From NCBI GenBank assembly GCA_029260825.1, contig JAJDCM010000367.1, forward strand, positions 8,456 through 72,455: 64,000 nt of DNA, given 5' to 3'. Positions 18,561 through 28,881 of the stretch are shown piece by piece. The stretch comes from Planctomycetota bacterium. GTDB taxonomy: Bacteria; Planctomycetota; JACOTG01; JAJDCM01. The notes under the pieces were generated by a model. It was not told where the DNA came from and did not search any database. It worked only from the letters and a program-made list of their open reading frames with translations. Position 1 is the first letter of the stretch, and each line of letters opens with the position of its first letter. The position numbers were made by a program, and so were the translations under genes.

Positions 18561-18867
18561 GTTAGCAGCCCGCTGACAAACCCAGATGCTCGCGGCACGG
18601 ATTGCATGGGGTCACAACAGCAGGTCCGAAGCTCCCGCTAGACCATGCGGCAAGAGGAGATCCATCTTGAAGCCGGATGAGATTCTATTCATTTATCCAA
18701 GAAAGTCCTGCAGGGTCACGGAAGCTTCGTCGCCATTCCCATCAGAACGACCGGAACCTCCGGAAGTTCACCGGTGTTCAGCGGCGGCTTTTCCGCTTCG
18801 AAGAGACTTTGCTTGGCGGAAACAAAGTCACCTCTCTTGGTCTGCATCTATTTGACGGAGAACCCTG

Positions 18868-20007
18868 ATGAATCGAAATGGCATCACGTTCGGAATCGCG
18901 TTTGGTATATTCATTGCTCTTGGCCTTCTTGCCAGGCCGGCGAAGGCTATTACGGTGTCGATTCCCTGTGGAACCCAAAGGTGCTTTCCAAATCTCGATC
19001 CCCCTTTAGCCCTTCAGTTCACCGTCGTGAATATCGGAGACTGCGCCGGAAAGATCCTGGCCTTTGACCAGATGGATTGCCAAGGAACGACTCTCGTATC
19101 CGCCTGTATCGATCCTGGAGAAGTGATTACGATTGATCGCGCATCACGGGATGTTCGATCCATCTTGCTTGTGGCAATTGGCACAGGAAGTCAGGCACGA
19201 CTCGACTTCACTCCGATTGCGGAAGAAACCGTTCCCTCCGGGACAGTTCTTCCCTTTGCCGGAACTACGGTTCCTCAGGGCTTCCTTGTTTGTGACGGAT
19301 CCGAGGTCTCCCGAGACAGTTTCTCCCGACTCTTTGATCGTGTGGGAACGACCTACGGTGCCGGAGACGGATCAACCACGTTTAACCTCCCGGACCTGAC
19401 TTCCAGGTTTCCGCTGGGTCTTTCCGCCTCAGGGACAGGTTCGATGCTTGGCGAGACTGGAGGTGAAATCGACCATATGCATGAGGGAGCAAGCCACACC
19501 CACGGAGTACCCGGACATAGTCACGGTCACAATCTCACAGCGTCGGCATCGGGTAATCATCTCCACTCGATCTCCGGAACGACGAACGCAACCGGAAATC
19601 ATTCCCACGCCGTGATCGGGACAACCGCAGTGGGAGGGCTTCATCGCCATTGCTTCAATGCACATCAGGTCGGCAACTACACCAATGATAACAACAACCC
19701 TCCCAGTGGAATCGTGGGACACGTACAAGGCGGAATCGCGGCCAACCAGCCACGAGATATCACGACCCAGAACGGTGAACATTCCCACAGTTTCTCGACC
19801 ACTTCTGCAACAGCAGGGACCCACAATCACTCTGTCTCAGGAACAGCCCTGTCCGCCGGAAATCATGTCCACAGCATTGGCGGCGTTGTAGGAAACAATG
19901 GAGGTGGGAACGGAGATCAAACATTGAACACCGATCCTGGGACGAATGGAACAACAGGGATCGCCAATCCACCCTTCTTGACTCTCCGATTCATCATCAA
20001 GCTGTGA
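18868..20007 (+). CDS. Secreted phage tail-collar domain protein with His-rich fibre repeats
   Basis: Signal peptide (AKA); PSGTVLPFAG...GFLVCDG...LFDRVGTTYGAGDGSTTFNLPDL; nine HxH motifs; PPFLTLRFIIK end. Confidence 0.88.
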   Translation: MNRNGITFGIAFGIFIALGLLARPAKAITVSIPCGTQRCFPNLDPPLALQFTVVNIGDCAGKILAFDQMDCQGTTLVSACIDPGEVITIDRASRDVRSILLVAIGTGSQARLDFTPIAEETVPSGTVLPFAGTTVPQGFLVCDGSEVSRDSFSRLFDRVGTTYGAGDGSTTFNLPDLTSRFPLGLSASGTGSMLGETGGEIDHMHEGASHTHGVPGHSHGHNLTASASGNHLHSISGTTNATGNHSHAVIGTTAVGGLHRHCFNAHQVGNYTNDNNNPPSGIVGHVQGGIAANQPRDITTQNGEHSHSFSTTSATAGTHNHSVSGTALSAGNHVHSIGGVVGNNGGGNGDQTLNTDPGTNGTTGIANPPFLTLRFIIKL

Positions 20008-20173
20008 CAGGTCGCCGGATTCGCGATGCGAGGGTCCCGGCCTGAACACCGGGGTCCTCCAAGAAAGGTCGTTTCCCCAATCAAAGCCCCCTATCGGCTC
20101 ATCCCATGGCACCAACCGGAAACCTGTTTCCCTGGTAGATTCGTCCTGGACTCGTTGCTGTCCATACCCGAGA

Positions 20174-20746
20174 ATGTCCTTTTTTCGGGGGATCTTCTTG
20201 GACGGATCGCGAGAACAGAATGCTCCCCTTGACGAGGAGCTCACCGACGAGGTTTACCGGGAGCTTCGACAGCTCGCCGCCTACTTCATGAAAGGAGAGA
20301 GACGGAATCATACTCTCCAACCAACAGCCTTGGTTCATGAGGCTCTGCTTCGGATCGCTTCGTCCCGGACTTCCGTCCATAGCCGATCCCAGTTACTTGC
20401 CGTCGCTTCCGTCGCTATTCGTCGAGTTCTCGTCGATCACGCCCGGGGGAAACAGCGAATCCGGCGAGGTCGCGGGGTTCCAACTCTTGAATTCACGGAA
20501 GCCGACTCAACGGTTGCTCCTGAATCTCCGTTTCGCATCGAACTCATCGAACTCGATGAAGCATTGATCGAGCTCGAGCAACTCCATCCCCGCCAGGCCC
20601 GGATCATTGAACTTCGCTTCTTTGGCGGCCTGAGTGTGGAGGAAACGTCAAAAACTCTTGGCATTTCTCAACGCTCCGCCTTTGCGGACTGGGAGATGGC
20701 ACGACGATGGTTGAAGCGCCGACTAGCGCCCTGCGAGCCCGAATAA
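20174..20746 (+). CDS. ECF sigma factor (TIGR02999-type, kinase-associated)
   Basis: VYRELRQLAA...HTLQPTALVHEA...VLVDHAR...IIELRFFGGLS...DWEMARRWL. Confidence 0.92.
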   Translation: MSFFRGIFLDGSREQNAPLDEELTDEVYRELRQLAAYFMKGERRNHTLQPTALVHEALLRIASSRTSVHSRSQLLAVASVAIRRVLVDHARGKQRIRRGRGVPTLEFTEADSTVAPESPFRIELIELDEALIELEQLHPRQARIIELRFFGGLSVEETSKTLGISQRSAFADWEMARRWLKRRLAPCEPE

Positions 20747-20747
20747 A

Positions 20748-23468
20748 ATGAGTCGTGCAAGTTTCTTCAAAGTTCGGGAAGCATTTCACACGATGCTAGA
20801 ACTCTCCAAACACGAGCGGTTGTCATTCCTTGCGACAATGGCCTCTCAAGATCCAGAGGTCCATGCGGAAGTTCTTTCCCTCATGGAGCAGGAACCGGAT
20901 GATCTTCTGGACGGTTTCCTCAGGGTGCCAGCGCTGGGAACAGGCTTCAGTGTGTGCGCGGCTGTTTTTCCGCAAGAGCCCCCATCCGTCCCGAATCAAC
21001 TGGGCAGTTTTCGAATCAAGAGGATCTTGGGAGGAGGCCTCTATAGTTTGGTTCTCCATGCCGAAGAGAACCGCCCGGACTGTCCCCCCCGATCGGTTGC
21101 CCTGAAAATCTTGAGGCCTGGATGCTGTTCCGAATCAATGCGTCGCCGCTTTATCGCGGAGGGCGATTCATTGCTTGCCATCACTCATGAGGATGTGGTT
21201 CGTGTCTTTTCTCGGGGAGTTTTCGAAGATTTCGGCCCATGGCAAGGCACCCCCTTCCTCTGTCTCGAATATGTTGACGGCACTTCTATTGACGAATTCT
21301 GTCGTCGGGAAACCCTGAATCGCCAGGAACGCCTTGACCTGTTTGCTCGGGTCTGTGACGCGATCCAGCATGCGCACCACAAAGGGATCATCCATCGCGA
21401 CCTCAAGGTGACCAACATCCTGGTCTCCAGAAGTAACCGCAAATACTCTCCAAAAGTCATCGACTTCGGGGTTGCCTTGAATTCCAAGGATGAACCATCG
21501 GCAACCTTGACGCGACACGGCGAGCTTCTCGGAACAATATCGAACATGAGCCCGGAACAACTTTCCGGAAACTCGAACGGTGTCGATACCCGAACAGATG
21601 TTTACTCCCTGGGCGTCGTCCTCTATGAACTCGTCACGAACCAGCCGCTTTGGGATCTGGAAGGGCTCTCTTTTCTCGAAGCAACTCGCGTCATTGCCGG
21701 GCTCGATCGCCCCCCGGCATGCGGCATCGATGGCGATCTTCGAACAATCATCACAAAAAGCCTGGAAAGAGAACGAGATCAGCGCTACCCGACCGTGTCA
21801 GAGCTTGCCGCGGACGTTCGCCGTTTTCGGGATGGCTTCCCGATCATGGCGCGGCCACCAACAATCCAGGGCATCCTTGCCCGGTGGGCGTGGCGGCATC
21901 GAGCCTTTACCATTCTCTCCGGAGTCACCTCGATCATCCTCCTCTTTGCAGCAATTCACTTCGTGAGGTCGAAAGCGAAGGCTTCCCGGAACAATCGAGA
22001 GATGAGGGACACCCTGAGTGCAGCTCTCGACATTTCCCTGAGCATCGCAGAGTTCCCCGAGAAATCTAAAACGCATGTCGCAAACCTGGAGGATCTGCAT
22101 TCGATCTCAAACGATCTTACCGCTCGTGATCCCGAGAATCGGGACTTTTGGGACTGCCATGCGACGATTCAAGGCGCACTCTCGGATGCGTACGTCAAAG
22201 AAGACAACCATTCCCAAGGTCGGGCCCTGGCCGAAGACTCGCTACGACTGAGACAGCGCCTTGTAGAAAGTGATCCGGGTTCCGTAGACCTTCGCAAGAA
22301 ACTGTCTCTTGCCTATGTCCGTCTCGGGGATGCTAAGAGACGAGAGGATGATTCCCAGGGGTCCCTTGAGGCATACCTGGAAGCTCTTCAAATCGACGAT
22401 TTCCTGGCTGCAGAAGGGCCCAATGAACGAGAGCTGCAGGACAACCTGGGTTGGAGTCACGACCGGATCGGTCACTACTACCTCGAAAGACGAATGGATG
22501 ACCTGGCAGCAGCCTGCATCGCAGATCAACTCAGAATTGCACGTTGGCTCGTTCAACGGTTCAAAGGGGATTACCGTGGTTACTTCCTTCTTTCCGAAGG
22601 ACTCAAGAAATCTCATGTGATCAGCGCTCGCAACAAAGATCCGCTTCAGTTCCGATTGAATCTTCTGGACGAAGCGCTGTCCGCTGCACGAAAGGCGGTG
22701 GAGCTCGAGCCTCGAAACGGGCTCCTTCAAGATCGGCTCGGATCGATTCTTATCCGGATCGGTAATCAACTGGATGACATGGACCCTTTGATGGCTCTTT
22801 CGCACCTCGATCAGGGAATATCCATCACCCGGGATCTCTATCGGGCCGATCCTTCCCGGACAGATTTGTTGAGTCGGATCTATTTCGCAGGAACGGGTCG
22901 AGCGAGAGCTCTTCTGATACTGGGCAGAACCGAGGATGCAGCTGTTCAGATCAATCAATCCGTCCAGGGGATTTCAGCGATTGTCTCGATCCGTGGGACA
23001 CACGTCATGCGCCGTCGACTCGCCAATGCTCTCCTGATCATGGTTGATGTTCTGGAGCGGCAGCTTCGAATCGAGGAAGCTAGCGAGGCACTCGTCCAAG
23101 CACACGGAATCAACCTTGATCTGGCGCGAGAATCCGATGATCCACTCACGGATCAGCTTCGATGCGGTCAATTGCTGATCAACCGCCCCGCACACCCGGA
23201 GGACCGGGACCGTGGGCTCAAAATGCTCCTAAATGGAAGTGACCGATTCCCTCAGGAGCCGTCTTTTCTGGAGGCAGCAATCCGTGAGTTGATTCGCGTC
23301 GAGGAGATCGGGGAAGCGCGCCTGAAATTGAAGGAATGGCTGGAAAAATATGGGGGATCGGTGGGAGCCCAGACAAGAACGAGAGTCATTTCCATCTTCG
23401 ACGAGATCGAAGAGGCCTCCGACAACGATCGATCATCTGAAAGCGGGCTTGAATCAGGATCTCGTTAG
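20748..23468 (+). CDS. Ser/Thr protein kinase with TM helix and TPR-like C-terminus
   Basis: VALK, HRDLK, DFG, MSPEQ, DVYSLG; starts 1 nt after the ECF stop. Confidence 0.9.
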   Translation: MSRASFFKVREAFHTMLELSKHERLSFLATMASQDPEVHAEVLSLMEQEPDDLLDGFLRVPALGTGFSVCAAVFPQEPPSVPNQLGSFRIKRILGGGLYSLVLHAEENRPDCPPRSVALKILRPGCCSESMRRRFIAEGDSLLAITHEDVVRVFSRGVFEDFGPWQGTPFLCLEYVDGTSIDEFCRRETLNRQERLDLFARVCDAIQHAHHKGIIHRDLKVTNILVSRSNRKYSPKVIDFGVALNSKDEPSATLTRHGELLGTISNMSPEQLSGNSNGVDTRTDVYSLGVVLYELVTNQPLWDLEGLSFLEATRVIAGLDRPPACGIDGDLRTIITKSLERERDQRYPTVSELAADVRRFRDGFPIMARPPTIQGILARWAWRHRAFTILSGVTSIILLFAAIHFVRSKAKASRNNREMRDTLSAALDISLSIAEFPEKSKTHVANLEDLHSISNDLTARDPENRDFWDCHATIQGALSDAYVKEDNHSQGRALAEDSLRLRQRLVESDPGSVDLRKKLSLAYVRLGDAKRREDDSQGSLEAYLEALQIDDFLAAEGPNERELQDNLGWSHDRIGHYYLERRMDDLAAACIADQLRIARWLVQRFKGDYRGYFLLSEGLKKSHVISARNKDPLQFRLNLLDEALSAARKAVELEPRNGLLQDRLGSILIRIGNQLDDMDPLMALSHLDQGISITRDLYRADPSRTDLLSRIYFAGTGRARALLILGRTEDAAVQINQSVQGISAIVSIRGTHVMRRRLANALLIMVDVLERQLRIEEASEALVQAHGINLDLARESDDPLTDQLRCGQLLINRPAHPEDRDRGLKMLLNGSDRFPQEPSFLEAAIRELIRVEEIGEARLKLKEWLEKYGGSVGAQTRTRVISIFDEIEEASDNDRSSESGLESGSR

Positions 23469-23543
23469 CTTACCCAAAAAAAATGCCGACAGGCCCGATC
23501 GCCCGCCGGCACGTTCTAGTTCAACGGTTCTTCTCGTTGCTTC

Positions 23544-25826
23544 CTATTCGAAATACAAGAGAATGGAGTTCGTCACGCTGAAGTTTCTGCTAGCCGACGA
23601 ATCCCGGTTGTGAATCAGACCAATGATTGTCCAGTATGTTCCTGGAAGGAAGTTCGCCGGATCTCCACTGGGCCGATGCAGTGCGATCGCCGGAGCAATC
23701 GGGGGATCGGCCATGGGAGTTCCAAAATAGTTCGTGGCGCCGATCTTGTTCGGGCGTCCAATGGTATTCAGAACGATCGACGGATTCCCGCCCTGAGTGA
23801 GGAGAATCTGGTGACAGATCTGCCCCAGGCCAAATGGGAGAGCTACGAGACTGCTCTCATCCGGGATCCCAGGAGTGACATGGATAACGTAAGATCCGTT
23901 ACTGTTCGCAGGAGGGTTCCCCATCACAATCGCCAGACTGCCGGAGGGACTCAGCTGCCTGAAAGGAATCGAGGAGCCATTCACCCTGAGGATGTTCATG
24001 ACATCGCTTCCTTGACAGTCGTCGATGCTGTTCTCAACAAACTCGAAGGCTCCCGGAATCGTGGCGGAACCACACGAGGAGTTTACGTTGACATCGACGA
24101 TTGCGGCCGGGGCAGCCGCCGTCCTCACCAACAGGGTGGTATCCGTCGAGGCCCCATGAACAACCATCGGAGTGCCGCCGAAGTCCACGTTCACATTCCC
24201 CTGAAGAAGTCCGGTTCCGGTGATCGTGACCAGGGTTCCTCCGGTGCTAAGGCCTTCGGTGGGAGTGACTGCACTCACCGAGAACGGAAGACAAGCATCA
24301 TAGGTAAAGCTACCGGCAAGAACATCTGAACCGCAGCTATTGGTGACCGTGACGTCAACAGTACCGGCGGCTCCGGCAGGAGTCACCGCATCGACGAAGC
24401 GAAAACCGGTCGTATCGTACACGGTGACACTCGGGCTCGGGACACCACCAAAAAGGACGGTGGTATCGGCGGAGTGGGTCATTCCATCGGCGGTGATGGT
24501 TACGACCTCGCCGCCTGCATCGTAGCCGTTTGCGGGGTCAAGACTGTTCACGGCGACCGCACTGCACGCTCCTAGCTCCAGGTGCCAGATGCAATCGGAA
24601 TCGGCGACAAGGATCTCGATCAACCCATCGCCGTCCAGATCACCCAGCCCTGCAATACTGTCTCCGAACGAATCACCGGTGACTCCGGAGAAGCCGCCGG
24701 TATTCGAGGCGATCTTCACCTCGGAGAGAGCGCGATAGACCCCATCTTGTGTGAGAAGGTGAATGTATACACCGCCATCGCCGGTGGGCCCAAGATCCCT
24801 GGGAGCGCCAAAGGCAACGTCGTCGATGAGATCACCATCCACATCACCGATGTTGTCGAGGGCATACGCAAACTGGGAGCGGACGTTGGGGATACACTCG
24901 AAGGGTCGATGAACGTGAAAACTGTTGAGATTCAGGCCACCGGTTGAGTCCTTCAAGTAGGCAACCGCTGCCGCCCCCCAGCTATCCATTCCGTTGATCC
25001 AGTCGACCCCGTATGCCCCCACGATGACGTCCTGGAGCCCGTCGCCGTTTCGATCTCCAGCGGAAGCGAGGGAGCTACCGAAGAACTGGTTGTCTTCACC
25101 AAAGAAAGTGAGGCCCGGAAGGTAGGGGCTGAAGTCCTCGGACTTCACGGTTCCGTCCGAGTTGAGCGCGAGGGACCACACACCTCCACTGTCGATCTCA
25201 CCAAAGGTTCCCGATCGGGGAACGCTGACCATGATGTCGGGAACACCATCGGTGTCGAAATCGCCAACGGCGGCGATCGCTGTTCCGAACTCATCGGTCT
25301 GACCGAGGGGCCCGGTGAATCCGGAAAGACCTTCTCCAATGATGGTCTCGTCCTTCACGGTTCCGTTCGTGTTCATGAGAAGAATGTGGACATAGCCCTG
25401 AGTCCCGCCGATGAACCCTCCGTCGGCGGCGGGTGCTCCCACCGCAAGATCGCAGACGCCGTCATCATCGACATCCCCGATGTTCTCGGTGGTGTAGCCA
25501 AAAAAGGTGCCGTCCACATCGGCCTGCAGTCCACCAAGACCGGTACCAATCTGTGCCGTCGAGCTGAAGGTGCCGTCGGTATTGAGGAAGGCGATGGTCA
25601 AGATGTCCGAGGTGACAATCGTGTAGGCGATGTCAACGATCCCATCCCCATCAAGATCACCGATATTGGACAGACCGTTCACGCTGGAGATCGGGATGGC
25701 CGTCTGAGAGACGACCTCACCGGCAATCTGCGCGGCGGAGGGAAAGGCAAAAAGGGCGAGTGAAAGCAGGGTGCACATCAGGATGTGGATTCGGGTTCTC
25801 GTTCCGAATCGAGACTCATCTTGCAT
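23544..25826 (-). CDS. Secreted FG-GAP/integrin-alpha repeat protein with two IPT/TIG domains and an unnamed C-terminal domain
   Basis: Repeated IGDLDGDG/FG...GAP motifs; GGEVVTIT and GGTLVTITGTG TIG domains; AAGGAG RBS before MQDES. Confidence 0.85.
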   Translation of the reverse strand: MQDESRFGTRTRIHILMCTLLSLALFAFPSAAQIAGEVVSQTAIPISSVNGLSNIGDLDGDGIVDIAYTIVTSDILTIAFLNTDGTFSSTAQIGTGLGGLQADVDGTFFGYTTENIGDVDDDGVCDLAVGAPAADGGFIGGTQGYVHILLMNTNGTVKDETIIGEGLSGFTGPLGQTDEFGTAIAAVGDFDTDGVPDIMVSVPRSGTFGEIDSGGVWSLALNSDGTVKSEDFSPYLPGLTFFGEDNQFFGSSLASAGDRNGDGLQDVIVGAYGVDWINGMDSWGAAAVAYLKDSTGGLNLNSFHVHRPFECIPNVRSQFAYALDNIGDVDGDLIDDVAFGAPRDLGPTGDGGVYIHLLTQDGVYRALSEVKIASNTGGFSGVTGDSFGDSIAGLGDLDGDGLIEILVADSDCIWHLELGACSAVAVNSLDPANGYDAGGEVVTITADGMTHSADTTVLFGGVPSPSVTVYDTTGFRFVDAVTPAGAAGTVDVTVTNSCGSDVLAGSFTYDACLPFSVSAVTPTEGLSTGGTLVTITGTGLLQGNVNVDFGGTPMVVHGASTDTTLLVRTAAAPAAIVDVNVNSSCGSATIPGAFEFVENSIDDCQGSDVMNILRVNGSSIPFRQLSPSGSLAIVMGNPPANSNGSYVIHVTPGIPDESSLVALPFGLGQICHQILLTQGGNPSIVLNTIGRPNKIGATNYFGTPMADPPIAPAIALHRPSGDPANFLPGTYWTIIGLIHNRDSSASRNFSVTNSILLYFE

Positions 25827-26029
25827 CGGTTCTCCTTCTCTTGACTGGATGTGGCTCATCAAACTCAGATGACCGGACACTGCCTTCCAGTTCTCGAGAA
25901 GCACGATCCGAACGAGAAATGTGGAAATATTCTGGATCCGATGAATTCAGGTGACTTTGGTGCCCAGATCAGGCGATTAGCACGAGAACGCAGCCCTTCC
26001 ACTCGCTCTGGAATCGATTTTCGATGACA

Positions 26030-28843
26030 TCACGGTCTCACTCGCCGGATCACCCGAACCCCGGGCCGCCCCCACCGGGCGTTGTCCAGGACGCCGGCCC
26101 GGGCCGCTGACCTGCACTTGATGGGAGTATCCGTGCTTCCCCCTCCACGGATCGGGTACCGATGACCTTCCTCCCAGTCCCGGGCAAAATAGCGCAGTCC
26201 ATCGCCGGGCCGGGCTTCCATTGTCGTGTAGGCCCGCCGAATGAAAACATCTGCGGCCAGTTCCCTGGCGTTACCGTGCATGTCGTACAGACCGAACGGA
26301 TTGGGCAAGAAACTGCCAACCGGAGCATTGCCCCGAAAGCGGTCATCGATTTGCTGGCTTGGCTTTCCAAAGACGGGAGATTCCTCCTGCCCCACGGATC
26401 GGTCCCAAACATTGGCGTGATTTTCGAGAGACGCAATGGAGTTGCCTGTGTAGAAAGCCGTCGTGGTCCCCGCCCGGCACGCATATTCCCACTGGGCTTC
26501 GCTTGGAAGTTGAAGCCAGGTTCGATCAAGAACTTTTAGCAGAGCAATCCGATTGGATAGGATCGGAAGAGCACTATGGCTTTGACTTGGCAGCAAGGTT
26601 CCGCCCAGTCGAACAAACTGGGCTCCGGTGAGCTCGTATTTCGAAACAAAGAATGGATCGAGCAGAACGGAGTGGGCCGGTTGCTCCTGATCGAGGTCCA
26701 ACGCGGGAATCGGCTCCTCGAAAGGAACCCCAGTCGATCTCGTCCCAACTTCAACCACACCTCCGGGAAGCAAGACCATCACGATCCCGGTTTCGGCGTC
26801 GATCTCAAGTCGACATGGGTCGTCCGGCGTCGGCTCCGCTCCGGGAATTGCCCCACTGATCACATGGACGAATTCCCACAATCCGCTCTCTGAATTGCGT
26901 CGCAGTGGAAAAAGCCCCATCTGGGGTTCGATCTTGAGGCCCCGGTAGACTTCCAGTTCGGAGATTTCTCTCTTGGCTCGATCCCATTCGGCGGCCGGGT
27001 CCAACATCGATGTCTTGTGTGCAAAGCGAATCCCTTGCTCGTGGGCAAGAACCTTTTTTTCCAGATCCAGTAATTCTCGATATTCCGTTTCGATGAGACG
27101 AGTCAACATGGCATGGCGCCATTCTTCGCTCCGGGTCCCGAACGTCCAGGTTCTTCTGTGGTCCTTGGTGGAAAGCTTGTCGATGAGCCGCTTGAGGTTG
27201 ACAAGCTCAGCGTCGTTGTAGATGTTGAAAGCTTCGGGATCGTCCGCCCGCTCCATGAGATCTTCCAGGCTCCGGAGCTCCTTGCGAAGACCAGCAATCC
27301 TCTCCTCATCGGGGGCTCGATCCATCCTCTCCTCTTCCTCCGTATACGGAAGTGCATTCTCGCGGATGGAGGTGAGCTCCCTCTGATAGATCGAGTACCT
27401 CTTGCGGACCTGGTCAACCTTGCCATACCAGTTCCCCATCTCTTCGAGACGTCCCGGGTCCATCGGCCAGAACGACCAGGCCTCCCGGGTCATCTTGGCG
27501 ATCCAGTGCGAGTCGGCCAGAAGCTGGATGCGTTGAAGGGCCACCCGTTCTCGCGCCGCGGTGAAGACAGCGAAAAAAAGCAACAAGGAAAAAAGCGCCA
27601 GGGAAAGGACGACGATCGGATGGCGTCTCGAGAAGATGCGTGCTCGGGCCGACCACCCAGGACCGGTGGCGACGACGGGCATTCCGGCAAGAACGTTTGC
27701 GAGATCCCGAGAAAAATCGACGGCACCCGAATACCGGGAGTCCGGTTCCCGGCTCATCGCTGTGAGACACACCATCTGAGCGTTCCGCGGGATCGCCGGA
27801 TTCCAGGTACGCGGAGTTCGCACATCCCCCGCAATGATCCGTTGCATCGTCCCCTCGTTGGAACCAGACTCGAAAGGGTCTCGGAGAGTGAGGCTCTTAT
27901 AAAGTGTTACCCCGAGAGAGTAGATGTCGGTTCGCTTGTCGGTTGCGGTCGATCCACGAACCTGCTCGGGCGACATGTATAGCAACGAACCGACCTGGGT
28001 TCCCGTTCGAGTGAGTTGAGTTGCATCGCTCGAACGAGCGAGTCCAAAATCAATCAGGACCGTCCGCCCGGCCGGAGTCACCCAGATATTGGAAGGCTTG
28101 ATGTCTCGATGCACGATCCCCCGGTCGTGGGAGTGATCGAGAGCCCGGGCAACTGCTTGAGTGATACGAATACAGGCCTCGCTCCAGGTTCCTTCGAACA
28201 GGGCTGGAAGCTCCACGGGCGAGACTTCGTCTTTTGCCCCGGAAGACCGAGCCTGAAGATCAAGGATCGCTTTGAAAAGATCCTCGCCGGTGAGTGCTTC
28301 GGGCTGCCGACCTTCGAAACAACCGAGCACATCGTGGAGAGTGGATCCTTCGAGCCATTCCATGACAAAAAACGGGATCTCTCGATCTTGGCCAACGGAA
28401 ATCACCGACACAATGCCCGGATGTTCGAGCCGTGCAATGGCCTCGACTTCCCGCCGAAAACGCGCCACATCTTTTGAGTCGTAGATTCGATCCGGCCGGA
28501 TCACTTTGAGAGCAACGCGGCAAGCCTGAGTCCCCTGCTGGGCCAGGTAAACAACCCCCATCCCCCCGCCGCCGATTTTTCGGATCAGGCGAAACTCACC
28601 GAGCTGTTCGGGAAAGCTTGCAGGAGTGCCGGCGGATTTTGAATCCACCAGCCCCATGGCATCCAATCGTTGAAAGCCTTCCCGGAGCTGCTGAGCATGG
28701 TTCGGATGCTCGGCGCACATCGCCTCGAGAGCACCCCTTCCCTCCTTCGATACGCGCTCAAGGCAAAGAAAGAGCAGCTCGTCTCGGATGGTTGGTGAAC
28801 CGGATTCTTCGGGATTCACAGACATCAGGAGGCCTTTCACCAC
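26030..28843 (-). CDS. Ser/Thr kinase - FGE/SUMF1 domain fusion
   Basis: GGGGMG, HRDIKPSN, DFG; LPSEAQWEYACRAG, PNPFGLYDMHGN. Confidence 0.92.
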   Translation of the reverse strand: MVKGLLMSVNPEESGSPTIRDELLFLCLERVSKEGRGALEAMCAEHPNHAQQLREGFQRLDAMGLVDSKSAGTPASFPEQLGEFRLIRKIGGGGMGVVYLAQQGTQACRVALKVIRPDRIYDSKDVARFRREVEAIARLEHPGIVSVISVGQDREIPFFVMEWLEGSTLHDVLGCFEGRQPEALTGEDLFKAILDLQARSSGAKDEVSPVELPALFEGTWSEACIRITQAVARALDHSHDRGIVHRDIKPSNIWVTPAGRTVLIDFGLARSSDATQLTRTGTQVGSLLYMSPEQVRGSTATDKRTDIYSLGVTLYKSLTLRDPFESGSNEGTMQRIIAGDVRTPRTWNPAIPRNAQMVCLTAMSREPDSRYSGAVDFSRDLANVLAGMPVVATGPGWSARARIFSRRHPIVVLSLALFSLLLFFAVFTAARERVALQRIQLLADSHWIAKMTREAWSFWPMDPGRLEEMGNWYGKVDQVRKRYSIYQRELTSIRENALPYTEEEERMDRAPDEERIAGLRKELRSLEDLMERADDPEAFNIYNDAELVNLKRLIDKLSTKDHRRTWTFGTRSEEWRHAMLTRLIETEYRELLDLEKKVLAHEQGIRFAHKTSMLDPAAEWDRAKREISELEVYRGLKIEPQMGLFPLRRNSESGLWEFVHVISGAIPGAEPTPDDPCRLEIDAETGIVMVLLPGGVVEVGTRSTGVPFEEPIPALDLDQEQPAHSVLLDPFFVSKYELTGAQFVRLGGTLLPSQSHSALPILSNRIALLKVLDRTWLQLPSEAQWEYACRAGTTTAFYTGNSIASLENHANVWDRSVGQEESPVFGKPSQQIDDRFRGNAPVGSFLPNPFGLYDMHGNARELAADVFIRRAYTTMEARPGDGLRYFARDWEEGHRYPIRGGGSTDTPIKCRSAARAGVLDNARWGRPGVRVIRRVRP

Positions 28844-28881
28844 CGATCTCCTCGACGACCAGCGATGATCTCAACAGCTGG

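Noticed and set aside
18868-20007. Prophage or tailocin
   Set aside because: No other phage structural, lysis or replication genes are present, and the protein has a signal peptide.
18823-25959. Shared CAAAGTCACCT upstream of two secreted-protein genes
   Set aside because: Only 11 bp, at different distances from the starts, and not seen upstream of the other family members.
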